Assembly: GCA_964600835.1 (NCBI GenBank)
Contig: CAZRLM010000001.1
Location: 1-55,715 of the forward strand
Direction of reading: 5' to 3'
From: an uncultured Oscillospiraceae bacterium
GTDB lineage: Bacteria; Bacillota; Clostridia; Christensenellales; Aristaeellaceae
DNA: 55,715 nt
In this document: positions 18,942 through 28,398 of the stretch, in pieces
How the letters are laid out: each line of letters opens with the position of its first letter
Position numbering within the stretch: the first letter of the stretch is position 1
Notes under the pieces: model-generated
Databases searched by the model: none
What the model was told of the DNA's origin: nothing
Seen by the model: only the letters and a program-made list of their open reading frames with translations
Translations under genes and position numbers: made by a program

Positions 18942-19547
18942 ATGAACGATGGCTTTTGTGATCTTTGTCAGGCCATTCCAGGGCTTCGCGCGGAGATTCG
19001 GTATGCGAGCGATCACAATTTGACGGGGAAACCGCTGGATGGCTATTTAGCGCCTCGGGCTTTGGCGACGGTGGAGGCGGCGCGGGCGTTGGCCACCGCC
19101 TGCGGGGAAGCTCGGCGGCTCGGATACGGGATGCTCGTCTTCGACGCATACCGGCCTCAAAAGGCGGTCGATGCCTTTGTGCGCTGGAGCCTCAAACCGG
19201 AGGACGGCAGCACGAAGGCGGAGTTCTATCCGGAGCTGGACAAGTCGGCGCTGTTCCCGCAGGGCTATATTGCGCGTCGTTCCGGACACAGTCGGGGATC
19301 GACCATTGATCTGACGCTGACGGATGCGTCCGGCGCGCCGGTTGATATGGGAACGGCGTTCGACTTCATGAGCGCGCGAAGCCATCACAACGCGGCAGAT
19401 GTGACCGGCTATCAGGCGCGGAATCGGGCGACGCTCTGTGCGCTGATGGCCTATGCGGGCTTTGAAGCCTATGAGAACGAGTGGTGGCATTACCGCCTGA
19501 TGGGCGAGCCGTACCCGGAGACGTACTTTGACTTTGACGTGGTGTGA
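18942..19547 (+). CDS. ddpX: M15-family D-Ala-D-Ala dipeptidase (VanX/DdpX-like)
   Basis: LVFDAYRPQKAVD, SGHSRGSTIDLTL (Zn ligands) and EWWHY motifs. Confidence 0.85.
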   Translation: MNDGFCDLCQAIPGLRAEIRYASDHNLTGKPLDGYLAPRALATVEAARALATACGEARRLGYGMLVFDAYRPQKAVDAFVRWSLKPEDGSTKAEFYPELDKSALFPQGYIARRSGHSRGSTIDLTLTDASGAPVDMGTAFDFMSARSHHNAADVTGYQARNRATLCALMAYAGFEAYENEWWHYRLMGEPYPETYFDFDVV

Positions 19548-19557
19548 TCGGCATTCC

Positions 19558-19586
19558 TTGACAGATGGAAAAAATGGCATTATAAT
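19558..19586 (+). promoter_or_regulatory. Consensus sigma-A promoter for tldD-pmbA
   Basis: TTGACA (19558-19563), exactly 17 nt, then TATAAT (19581-19586). Confidence 0.75.
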
Positions 19587-19613
19587 CGACAAGGGAACGA
19601 CCACACAGAAAGG

Positions 19614-21008
19614 ATGAAGGCAATGCTGGATCAAAATGTGGCCCGCGAGGTACTGGCCTGCGCAATACGCACCGGTGGCGACTTTGCGGAAATTTATGTG
19701 GAGGATCGCGTCGATAATGATTTGGCGATGCGCTCCGGCCGGATCGAAACGGTGAACAGCGGACGGCTGCATGGCGCGGGCGTACGCGTGTTCAGCGGGA
19801 CGAACGCGGTGTATGTGTATACGAACGATACGAGCCGCGCGGGACTGCTGGACTGTGCCGCGAAGGCAGCGGCTGCGGTGAAAGGCGGCAAGGGGACGAC
19901 GATCGCGCCTTTCCGGCCGGTGGATTATACTCGGCCCGAGGAAATTCTCTACCTGCCTACGTCGGTCAAGGCGGCTCGCAAGATCGAGAAGATGCGCGCG
20001 GCTGACGCGGCGGCGCGCGCCGTTTCCGATGAGATTGTCCAGGTGACGGTCGGCTATGCCGACTCCGTGCAGGACGTGTGCGTGTGCAACACCGAGGGCG
20101 TGTTTGCGACGGACCGCCGCGTGTGGTCGCGCCTGCGCTGCACCGCGGTTGCCAGCAATGGCAAGGAGAACCAGATTGGTACGGACTTCCCCGGCGCGGG
20201 CATGGGCTTTGAGCTTTTCGACAACCGGGTTGATCCAGCAAAGAGTGGCGTTCTGGCCGCGACGCAGGCTGTAACCATGCTGCACGCGCCGCTGTGCCCT
20301 GCGGGCATGATGCCTGTCGTGATCGACAACGCCTTTGGCGGTGTGATTTTCCACGAGGCCTGCGGACACAGCCTTGAGGCGACCAGTGTCGGCGTGGGGC
20401 TGAGCGAGTTCTGCGGCAAGCTGGGCCAGCGGGTGGCCGCGCCCTGCGTGACCGCGGTGGACGACGGCACCATCCTCAACGAGTGGGGCAGTCTCCATAT
20501 GGATGACGAGGGTCTGCCGACCACCAAGCTGATCCTGATTGACAAGGGCATTCTAACCAATTACATGGTGGATAAGCTGGGCAGTCGGCGGATGAATATG
20601 CCCACGACCGGTTCCAGCCGTCGCCAGAGCTACGCCTATGCGCCCACCTCCCGGATGCGCAATACCTACATCGCCGCCGGTGAGGACGACGAGGCGGAGA
20701 TGATCGCGACGATGGGCGACGGCCTGTACGCCAAGAAAATGGGAGGCGGCTCCGTCAATCCCGCGACGGGCGAGTTCAACTTTGCGGTCAGCGAGGGCTA
20801 TCTGGTGAAGGACGGCAAGATTGTCCACCCGGTGCGCGGCGCGTCGCTGATCGGTCGGGGCAGCGAGGTGCTGGCAAAGATCGACCGCGTCGGTCGGGAT
20901 ATGCAGATGGGGCAGGGAATGTGCGGCTCCGTCAGCGGCAGCATCCCCACCAACGTGGGCCAGCCGATGATCCGTGTCAGCAGCCTGACCGTCGGCGGCC
21001 AGGGCTGA
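19614..21008 (+). CDS. tldD: TldD-family metalloprotease
   Basis: FHEACGHSLE zinc motif and a conserved C-terminal GGS...G.F pattern. ATG 19623 is an alternative start. Confidence 0.9.
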   Translation: MKAMLDQNVAREVLACAIRTGGDFAEIYVEDRVDNDLAMRSGRIETVNSGRLHGAGVRVFSGTNAVYVYTNDTSRAGLLDCAAKAAAAVKGGKGTTIAPFRPVDYTRPEEILYLPTSVKAARKIEKMRAADAAARAVSDEIVQVTVGYADSVQDVCVCNTEGVFATDRRVWSRLRCTAVASNGKENQIGTDFPGAGMGFELFDNRVDPAKSGVLAATQAVTMLHAPLCPAGMMPVVIDNAFGGVIFHEACGHSLEATSVGVGLSEFCGKLGQRVAAPCVTAVDDGTILNEWGSLHMDDEGLPTTKLILIDKGILTNYMVDKLGSRRMNMPTTGSSRRQSYAYAPTSRMRNTYIAAGEDDEAEMIATMGDGLYAKKMGGGSVNPATGEFNFAVSEGYLVKDGKIVHPVRGASLIGRGSEVLAKIDRVGRDMQMGQGMCGSVSGSIPTNVGQPMIRVSSLTVGGQG

Positions 21009-21039
21009 GCAGGCGCAAGAGAGAAAGGAGAACAAAGCC

Positions 21040-22383
21040 ATGATGGAAATGAACGGCTTTATGAATCGCCTGCTGGACGCGGCGAAGGCCGCCGGGATTG
21101 AAACGGCGGAAATCTTTTATCAGATGGAGGACAGCTTCAACGCGGGCGCGATGAACGGGGAAATTCAGTCCTACAACGTATCCACCACCGGCGGGCTGAG
21201 CCTGCGCGGCACGGTGAACGGCAGGATGGGCTACGCGTCTACCGAGGCCTTCGATGACGCGGCCATTGAGCAGCTGATTGAGGGCGTAAAGGAATCGGCG
21301 GCGTTGGTGGAAGCGCCCGAGCAGGACGAAATCTTCGCCGGCGAGGCGGTTTATCCCACCTATGAGAGCGCGGAGAGCGACGTACTGTCCGTCCCGGCGG
21401 CGGAAAAGCTGAACGCCTGCCTGGATATGGAAAAGGCGGCGGAGGCGGTTGATTCCCGTGTGGGCAAGGTGCGCGCCAACCTGACGACCGCTTGCGAAAC
21501 GATGCGGATTAAGAACAGCTACGGGCTGGACTTGCAGCATACGGCCAATGTCTGCGCAGCCTATGTGTCCGCCATCGCCACCGAGGACGGCTCGACGGCG
21601 TCCGGCTCAAAGATGGTTGGCAAGACCGGCTTTGCCAAGGTGTGCGCGGAAAACATCGGACAGGTTGCCGCGGAGGAAGCGTTATCGAAGCTGCACGCGG
21701 AGCCGGTCGACTCCGGTCGCTATCGGGTGGTATTCAGCGGTTCCGCCATGCGCGGCCTGCTGGCGACCTTCTCGGGCATCTTCTCGGCGGAAAACGCCCA
21801 GCAGAGCCTGTCGCTGTTGGCCGGTAAGGAGGGCACGGTGATTGCCTCCGACGTGGTGACGTTGATGGACGATCCGTTGCTGCCGGACAGCTTTGCGTCC
21901 TGCCCCTTCGACTGCGAGGGTTCGGCGACGCGCACCAAGGCCGTGATCGAGGCCGGTACGCTGACGACCCTGCTGCACAGCCGCAAGACCGCGAAAAAGG
22001 CCGGTACGCAGACCACCGGCAACGCCAGCCGCTCGGGCTATGCGTCCGGGATCCATGTTGCGCCGACGAATTTCTTCTTCAAGGCCGGAGAAAAGACGCT
22101 GGACGAGCTGCTGGCGGAAATGGGCGACGGCCTGCTGATTATGGATATGAGCGGCCATCATGCGGGCGCGAACCAGGCCAGCGGCGACTTCTCGCTGCTC
22201 TCCAACGGCTTCCTGATCAAGGATGGCAAGCGCGTCCAGCCGGTGGAGCGCGTGACCGTCGCGGGCAACTTCTACGATCTGCTCAAGCAGATTCGGGCCT
22301 TCGGCAACGATCTGGAATTCGGCCTGAACGGCATGGGCAGCCCCTGCGCAGACGCGGGTGAGCTGCAGGTTTCCGGCAAGTAA
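21040..22383 (+). CDS. pmbA: PmbA/TldE-family protein (TldD partner)
   Basis: 447 aa, immediately downstream of tldD. Typical C-terminus GDFS...GFLI.DGK...V..VT.AGN. Confidence 0.85.
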   Translation: MMEMNGFMNRLLDAAKAAGIETAEIFYQMEDSFNAGAMNGEIQSYNVSTTGGLSLRGTVNGRMGYASTEAFDDAAIEQLIEGVKESAALVEAPEQDEIFAGEAVYPTYESAESDVLSVPAAEKLNACLDMEKAAEAVDSRVGKVRANLTTACETMRIKNSYGLDLQHTANVCAAYVSAIATEDGSTASGSKMVGKTGFAKVCAENIGQVAAEEALSKLHAEPVDSGRYRVVFSGSAMRGLLATFSGIFSAENAQQSLSLLAGKEGTVIASDVVTLMDDPLLPDSFASCPFDCEGSATRTKAVIEAGTLTTLLHSRKTAKKAGTQTTGNASRSGYASGIHVAPTNFFFKAGEKTLDELLAEMGDGLLIMDMSGHHAGANQASGDFSLLSNGFLIKDGKRVQPVERVTVAGNFYDLLKQIRAFGNDLEFGLNGMGSPCADAGELQVSGK

Positions 22384-22397
22384 ATCAGCTTCAAGAT

Positions 22398-22436
22398 CGG
22401 ACGGGACGCAAACGTCCCGTCCGTTTTTTCTTTTTT
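22398..22436 (+). terminator. Rho-independent terminator
   Basis: CGGACGGGACG-caaa-CGTCCCGTCCG followed by TTTTTTCTTTTTT. Confidence 0.85.
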
Positions 22437-22439
22437 CCC

Positions 22440-22466
22440 AACCGTCGCGGATTGTCGCGCGTCTAA
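22440..22466 (+). promoter_or_regulatory. Candidate ECF-type autoregulated promoter (AAC-N17-CGTC)
   Basis: ccAACcgtcgcggattgtcgcgCGTCTAA lies 45 nt upstream of the sigma gene and matches the generic ECF AAC/CGTC pattern. Confidence 0.25.
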
Positions 22467-22509
22467 TCAGTGTCATGACAAATATTCCATGGGATAGGCG
22501 TGTGAAGCA

Positions 22510-22980
22510 ATGGATGAGCAGAGTTACCTGACGTACCTGATGCAGGCGGAGCGAACGCTGTATCATGTGGCGGCGACGCTTCTTCGGGATGAGCATGATC
22601 GCCAGGACGCGATGCAGGAAACCGCGCTGCGGGCTTGGCAGCATCGAGGCAAGCTGCGGGAGGAGCGGTATTTCACCACCTGGGCGGTGCGCATCATGAT
22701 CAACGTGTGCCGCACCATGCAACGCAGAAGCAGGCGAATGACGCCGACGGCGTGCGTGCCGGAACAGCCTGCGTTCCCTGAGGGGGACGTGGAGCTGCGC
22801 GTGCTGCTGGACGAGCTGCCGGAGCGTCTCCGTTTGCCGCTGGTGCTGTACTATCTGGAGGGGCTTTCGGTGGATGAGATCGCCCGGGCCACCGGCGCGC
22901 CGTCCGGCACGATCAAGTACCGGCTGCATCAGGCGCGGAAGGCGCTGCGCATCGAACTGGACGACGGAAAGGAGGGCTGA
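22510..22980 (+). CDS. ECF-subfamily RNA polymerase sigma-70 factor
   Basis: 156 aa. Region 2 (DAMQETALRAWQH) and a region 4 HTH (LSVDEIARATGAPSGTIKYRLHQARKAL). Confidence 0.85.
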   Translation: MDEQSYLTYLMQAERTLYHVAATLLRDEHDRQDAMQETALRAWQHRGKLREERYFTTWAVRIMINVCRTMQRRSRRMTPTACVPEQPAFPEGDVELRVLLDELPERLRLPLVLYYLEGLSVDEIARATGAPSGTIKYRLHQARKALRIELDDGKEG

Positions 22981-22983
22981 TCG

Positions 22984-24267
22984 ATGAAAGAAAGCGAACT
23001 GCGTCAACGATTGTGTGCAATGTATGGAACGGAGATTCCGCCCGCGGCGCATCAGGCATTCCTCACGGCAGCCTCCGCTGGAAAGGAGAAAAAGGTGAAG
23101 AAAAAGCTGCGTTTTGCGCCTGTGCTGGCGATTTTCCTGCTGCTGGCGCTGTGCTCGGCGGCTTACGCGCTGGTGAGCGGATACAGCGTGAAGGATTACG
23201 AGGCCGGCGGCAATCCGACGGAGGAATTTCTAACGCACAGGATTGACATCCACGAGCGATACGAGAACGACGTGATCGCGCTGACGGTGAACGACGCGGT
23301 GTTCGACGGCGAACGCATCGCGCTGGCGATGGACATTGCGCACAAGAACGTTCCGGTATACATCAGGCCGAAGCTGACGGCTGAGGCGGACGGCGTGAGC
23401 TATGCCGTCGACGTGGAGGGGTTCCGCGGCGGTGATTTCATGACAGGCTTCCTGTACCCCAATCCCTTTGACGCGCAGACGGAGGAAGACGGCTTCGGCT
23501 TTGACGGCGTGCTGTGGAATGAGGACGACGCGCCGCTGCCTGTCGGCGATGTGACCTGGACGCTGACAGTCAAGCTGTATCGTCCTCTGTTCGAGCTTGT
23601 GCAGGATGACACGGTGTTTGTCGGCGATGAAAACGAGTGGGAGGAATACGCTGAAAAAGCCTGCGCGGCCTATCGGGAAAAGAAGCTGCTGGTGCGGGCG
23701 GACGATAATCTGGTTGAGTATCAGTCCGCCATTCAACCGGCGACGGGGATTGACGAGGAAACCTACTGGAGCCTGGACTTCGCCGACGCGCTGGTGGAAG
23801 CGGGCGTGATGGAAAAGACGGACGAGCTTGTCTGCCGCTTTACCACCAGCGGCGATGGCAGCGCGCATAAGGAAAGCCTGACCGGTAAACGATTTGAATT
23901 TGACGAGGTCGCGGTGGTTATCGACAGCGTGAACGCAACCTTCCTGAATCAAGAGATTGTTATGCACTACGATTTCGGTCGGGAAATGACCATGGATGAG
24001 CTGACCGAAATTCGTGAAACGCTGCCGGATGCGTGGAACGTCTACGATCAGGACGGGCAGAGGATACAGCCGAACGCCTTTTCCAGCGGGGTTGACTGGG
24101 ACGTTGATGAAAAGACGGATTTAATGTCGAACCTTCGCTTGCAGTTTACCTTTAGCTTTTCGGGCGAGCGGGAAACGGAAACGCTGACCTTCGTCGGCTG
24201 CTATCGAAGCGAGGAAAATCAGCTTTGGGAAGCGCCGGAATACACCTTTACCCTGCCGCTGACATAA
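22984..24267 (+). CDS. Putative anti-sigma factor: single-pass membrane protein with a ~360-aa extracytoplasmic domain
   Basis: It starts 4 nt after the sigma gene. It has a short cytoplasmic N-terminus, a TM helix FAPVLAIFLLLALCSAAYALV, and a large acidic outside domain. Confidence 0.55.
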   Translation: MKESELRQRLCAMYGTEIPPAAHQAFLTAASAGKEKKVKKKLRFAPVLAIFLLLALCSAAYALVSGYSVKDYEAGGNPTEEFLTHRIDIHERYENDVIALTVNDAVFDGERIALAMDIAHKNVPVYIRPKLTAEADGVSYAVDVEGFRGGDFMTGFLYPNPFDAQTEEDGFGFDGVLWNEDDAPLPVGDVTWTLTVKLYRPLFELVQDDTVFVGDENEWEEYAEKACAAYREKKLLVRADDNLVEYQSAIQPATGIDEETYWSLDFADALVEAGVMEKTDELVCRFTTSGDGSAHKESLTGKRFEFDEVAVVIDSVNATFLNQEIVMHYDFGREMTMDELTEIRETLPDAWNVYDQDGQRIQPNAFSSGVDWDVDEKTDLMSNLRLQFTFSFSGERETETLTFVGCYRSEENQLWEAPEYTFTLPLT

Positions 24268-24282
24268 ATGTCCGCCCCCAGA

Positions 24283-24310
24283 GGAGGAACAAACGTGTTC
24301 CTCCTTTTTT
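24283..24310 (+). terminator. Rho-independent terminator
   Basis: GGAGGAAC-aaacgt-GTTCCTCC followed by TTTTTT. Confidence 0.8.
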
Positions 24311-24438
24311 GTCGGGGTCAAGCATGAAAAAAAGTGAAAAAAAGTGAATTTATTTGGAGGAGGGCGACAACGAACAGCGAATATATTCCATGGGATTATG
24401 AAGCGCCCTGCAGGCGCTCACGCAAGGAGACAGTGGAC

Positions 24439-26868
24439 ATGAAAAAGGTATTGCATATGATCGGCAATTCGCACATTGATCCCGTGTGGCTCTGGCGTTT
24501 GCCGGACGGACTCAGCGAGGTGCGCGCCACCTTCCGCTCTGCGCTGGATCGCATGAACGAGTACCCGGACTTCGTCTTTACCAGCGCGGCGGCATCCTAC
24601 TATGCCTGGATTGAACAGACAGAGCCGGAAATGTTCGCTGAAATTCAGCAGCGGGTCAAGGAAGGTCGGTGGAAGCTGGTTGGTGGCTGGTGGATCCAGG
24701 CGGACTGCAACATTCCCAGCGGGGAGAGCTTTGCCCGGCAGGCGCTGGCGGGACAGCGCTACTTCAAGGAAAAGTTCGGCGTGACGGCACACACGGGCTA
24801 CAATGTGGATTCCTTCGGGCACAACGGCTCGCTGCCGAAGATTCTGCGTCAGTGCGGCATGGAAAATTATGTGTATATGCGTCCCGGTCAGCATGAGAAG
24901 GGCTATCCGGCGTGGACGTTCCGCTGGCAAAGCCCGGAAGGAGTGTCGGTGCGCGCCTTCCGCATTCCCTTTGAGTACTGCACCTGGGGCAAGGAGCTGT
25001 CCACCGCGGTGGAGCGCGTGTCCCATGAAGTGACCGACGAAAACGGCATGATGTGCTTCTATGGCGTAGGCAACCACGGCGGCGGCCCGACGAAGGAGAA
25101 CCTGAACAGCATTGCGGCGCTGAACGGCAAGGACGGCGTGGAGCTGCGCCTGTCCGATCCAGACACGTTCTTTGCCGGTGTGGATGACAGCCGTTTGCCC
25201 GTCGTCTGCGGCGATCTGCTGCACCACGCCAGCGGCTGCTACGCGGGACATTCCGGCGTGAAGCGGAAGAATCGCGAGGCGGAAAACAGGCTACTGACCG
25301 CCGAAAAGTGGGCTTCCGCGGCGCGGGTACTGCTGGGCCGGGCGTATCCTCATGATGCGTATGACAAGGCGTGGAAGAAGGTTCTGTTAAATCAGTTCCA
25401 TGACATCCTGACGGGCTGCTGCCTGCAGGAGGGCTACGAGGACACGATGGAGGACTATTGCTACGCGCTGTCCGTTGCTGCCGAAGAGACGGACGTGGCG
25501 CTGCAGTCGATCATGCGGGCCATCGAGGTGCCGTTTGAGGAAGGCGCGTTCCACTATGTGGTGTTCAATCCGCATGGCTTTGACGCGAAAGCCCCCGTCA
25601 TGATGGAAATTGCGGATTACAGTCAGCCGATGGCGCTCTTTGATGCCGACAACCAGCCGGTGGCCTATCAGCTGACGCACGGCTCTGCCGCGGCGAAGGG
25701 GCGGAAGCGCCTCCACTTTGTGGCGGATGTGCCCGCCATGGGCTGGCAGGTCTACACCATGCGCCCTGTCGAGAGCCAGGAGGAACAGCAGAGCAGCGAC
25801 GGGAGCCTGATGCTGGAAAACGACGCGTTGCAGGTTCGCTTTGACGAGGCGCACGGTTTGTGTGGCGTCACGCTCAAGGCGACGGAAACGGAAATGCTGG
25901 CGGCTCCGATGCAGGCGTTGGTGATGGACGATCCCAGCGATACCTGGTCGCATAGCGTGCTGCGCTTCGATCGCCTGGAGGGCGAGCTGCCCGTCCGTTC
26001 CGTGCGCGTGCTGGAGGATGGCCCGGTGATGAAAACCATCCGCGTGATCATGGCGGACGGCAGCGCGGAGCTTCAAATGGACTTCACCCTGTACCATGCG
26101 CTTCCGCAGGTGTATGTTGCGTGCAGGCTGGACTGGTACAAGCGGCAAAAGCTGCTGAAGCTGCATCTGCCGATGCGTCAGAACTACGCGCACGTTTGCC
26201 CGCAGACGCCCTTCGGCTTCAGCGATCACCCGATGGATGGCGTCGAATACCCGATGCACGCCTTTGTCGACCTGACCGGCGTTGTTGCCGGGGAAGGTCA
26301 GCCGCTGACCGGCATGGCGGTGCTCAACGACGGCAAGTACGCCTATTCCGCCGAAAAGAAGGCGCTGGACATCACGCTGGTTCGCAGCCCCTACTATGCC
26401 AATCACGAACCCTTTGTCGTGGAGGACGGGATGGATTATCCGACCGTTGATTGGGGACGGCAGACATTCCATCTGGCGCTGCTGCCGCACGCGGGCGCTT
26501 TCTTCGACGGTCAGGTGGAACAGGCGGCGCTGCTGCTGAACGCGCCGATGACCATCCTGCCTGAGGGCGCGCATAATGGCACGCTGCCGGGACGCGGCGG
26601 CGTGATGCGTCTTGAGGCGGAGCACGCGGTCGTTGATGCGGTGAAGCTGGCGGAGGAGGACAACGACGCACTGATTGTGCATCTGCACGAGACGGCGCGC
26701 AAGGAAGAAACCTGCCGCTTCCTGCTGCCCGCGCTGGGCTGTGAGGCCGCGATCCGGCTGGTTCCCGGCGAAATCAAGGTACTGCGCGTGTCGCTGACGG
26801 ACGGCAGCGTGCGGGAAACGAACCTGATTGAGATGGACGAAGGAGGGGACGGCTGTGGAGCGCGTTGA
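24439..26868 (+). CDS. GH38 alpha-mannosidase (MngB-like size class)
   Basis: MKKVLHMIGNSHIDPVWLW...GGWW..DCN.PSGES...YNVDSFGH motifs of GH38. RBS AAGGAGA lies before ATG 24439. The track ORF start at 24334 has no RBS. Confidence 0.85.
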   Translation: MKKVLHMIGNSHIDPVWLWRLPDGLSEVRATFRSALDRMNEYPDFVFTSAAASYYAWIEQTEPEMFAEIQQRVKEGRWKLVGGWWIQADCNIPSGESFARQALAGQRYFKEKFGVTAHTGYNVDSFGHNGSLPKILRQCGMENYVYMRPGQHEKGYPAWTFRWQSPEGVSVRAFRIPFEYCTWGKELSTAVERVSHEVTDENGMMCFYGVGNHGGGPTKENLNSIAALNGKDGVELRLSDPDTFFAGVDDSRLPVVCGDLLHHASGCYAGHSGVKRKNREAENRLLTAEKWASAARVLLGRAYPHDAYDKAWKKVLLNQFHDILTGCCLQEGYEDTMEDYCYALSVAAEETDVALQSIMRAIEVPFEEGAFHYVVFNPHGFDAKAPVMMEIADYSQPMALFDADNQPVAYQLTHGSAAAKGRKRLHFVADVPAMGWQVYTMRPVESQEEQQSSDGSLMLENDALQVRFDEAHGLCGVTLKATETEMLAAPMQALVMDDPSDTWSHSVLRFDRLEGELPVRSVRVLEDGPVMKTIRVIMADGSAELQMDFTLYHALPQVYVACRLDWYKRQKLLKLHLPMRQNYAHVCPQTPFGFSDHPMDGVEYPMHAFVDLTGVVAGEGQPLTGMAVLNDGKYAYSAEKKALDITLVRSPYYANHEPFVVEDGMDYPTVDWGRQTFHLALLPHAGAFFDGQVEQAALLLNAPMTILPEGAHNGTLPGRGGVMRLEAEHAVVDAVKLAEEDNDALIVHLHETARKEETCRFLLPALGCEAAIRLVPGEIKVLRVSLTDGSVRETNLIEMDEGGDGCGAR

Positions 26869-27508
26869 GCATATCGCGATTCTTCATACGACGCCCGCCA
26901 CCATTGGCAGCCTTCGGGAAATCAGCGCGCGGCAGCTTCCGGGCGTGTGTGTGTACAACTACCTGGACGAGAGCCTGCTGCCGCAGATCAACGCCGAAGG
27001 GAAGATCACCGATGCGGTGCGCGAGCGATTCTCGGCGCTGGTTGCGCTGGCGGCGGCAGCGGGGCCGAAGTTGATTCTGTCTGCCTGCTCCACGGTGGGC
27101 GGCCTAATGGAATCGCTGCGTCCCGCCTATGCGCCGCTGCACCTTTTGCGCATTGACGAGCCGATGGCAGAGCAGGCGGCGGCCTGCCCGGGTAGTGTGG
27201 TGGTCTGCGCCACGCTGGCTTCAACGCTTGGCCCGACGCTGACGCTGCTCCGGCGCAAGCTGCCTGAGGGCAGGGAAGCGGACAGTCTGCTGATCGAAGA
27301 GGCCGGCCCGCTGCTGGCAGCCGGCAAGCAGGAGGAATACCTTGACGCGATCGCGTCCCGACTGACGGAAGCCGCCAGGTCGCACGATGTGGTTGTGCTG
27401 GCGCAGGCATCCATGGCGAAAGCGCTGGATCGACTGCCGGAGGCGACGCGCGCAAAATTCCTCACCAGCCCGGAAAGCAGCATTGCTGCGCTGAAACAAT
27501 ATCTTTGA
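26855..27508 (+). CDS. Asp/Glu/hydantoin-racemase-superfamily protein
   Basis: GTG 26855 lies 7 nt after GAAGGAGGGG. HIAILHTTPATI...LILSACSTVGG...VVVLAQASMA resembles the two pseudo-symmetric halves of the racemase fold. Confidence 0.5.
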   Translation: MERVEHIAILHTTPATIGSLREISARQLPGVCVYNYLDESLLPQINAEGKITDAVRERFSALVALAAAAGPKLILSACSTVGGLMESLRPAYAPLHLLRIDEPMAEQAAACPGSVVVCATLASTLGPTLTLLRRKLPEGREADSLLIEEAGPLLAAGKQEEYLDAIASRLTEAARSHDVVVLAQASMAKALDRLPEATRAKFLTSPESSIAALKQYL

Positions 27509-27525
27509 AGAAAGAAGTGTACGCC

Positions 27526-28395
27526 ATGAATCGCATGGAATTGCTTGAACAGTTTGATCTGGCCCGCAAGGGCGGCTATGCCATCGGCTCCTTCTCGCCC
27601 CGCAACACGGTGCTCATCGACAGCGTGCTGGCGGCGGGTCAGGCGCGGCGCGCGCCGGTGCTGGTGCAGATGTCGGCCAACGAAATGAACTGGTTTGACT
27701 GCACGCCGGAAACGTTCGCGAACGCCTATTTTGCGGCGAAGAAGCGCTATCACACGGTTGCCGCGCTGCACCTGGATCACACCAAGGACGTGGATACGGT
27801 GTTTCGCGCCATCGAGGCAGGCTTTGAGTCCGTGATGTTTGACGGTTCCCGTCTGCCTTTTGAGGAGAATATGCGCCTGACTCGCCAGGTGGTGGAATAT
27901 GCGCATCCGCGGGGGGTGTGCGTGGAGGCGGAGCTGGGCGCGATCGGCGGCGCGGACAAGCTCGAAACGGGCGACGACGAAACGCTGTATACCGATCCCG
28001 AGCAGGCCGAGCGCTTTGCGCGGGAGACCGGTTGCGACCTGCTGGCCGTCAGCGTGGGCACGGCCCACGGCGTGTATCCAGTGAAGAATCCCAAGATTGA
28101 TTTTGAGCGGCTGGCGCAGATTCGGGAACGTGTGGACGCGGTGCTGGTGCTTCACGGCGGTTCCGGTCTGCCGGAGGAAACCATCCAGCGCGCCATCCGC
28201 GAGGGCGTGGGCAAGGTGAATATCGCGACTGATCTGGAAGTGGTGTTCCAGCAGGTAACCGGCAAGGGCCGGATGCCCAATGCCGAGACGGAGAAGCTGG
28301 ACGCCGCGGTGCTGGCGGAAGCGGTCAAGCAGGTGCAGGCGCTGGTTGAGGATCGCCTGGCGCACTACCTCATGGCAGAAGGAAAGGCGCTGTAA
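27526..28395 (+). CDS. Class II ketose-bisphosphate aldolase family protein (FBA/tagatose-bisphosphate aldolase family)
   Basis: LHLDH, FDGS, EAELGAIGG, LAVSVGTAHGVY, LVLHGGSG and KVNIATD motifs. Confidence 0.85.
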   Translation: MNRMELLEQFDLARKGGYAIGSFSPRNTVLIDSVLAAGQARRAPVLVQMSANEMNWFDCTPETFANAYFAAKKRYHTVAALHLDHTKDVDTVFRAIEAGFESVMFDGSRLPFEENMRLTRQVVEYAHPRGVCVEAELGAIGGADKLETGDDETLYTDPEQAERFARETGCDLLAVSVGTAHGVYPVKNPKIDFERLAQIRERVDAVLVLHGGSGLPEETIQRAIREGVGKVNIATDLEVVFQQVTGKGRMPNAETEKLDAAVLAEAVKQVQALVEDRLAHYLMAEGKAL

Positions 28396-28398
28396 ACG

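Noticed and set aside
24324-24348. Tandem GAAAAAAAGT x2 and the nearby GCGCCCTGCAGGCGC hairpin in the GH38 leader as a possible riboswitch or attenuator
   Set aside because: They are too short and simple, with no recognisable riboswitch core. The A-rich repeat directly follows the upstream terminator T-run.
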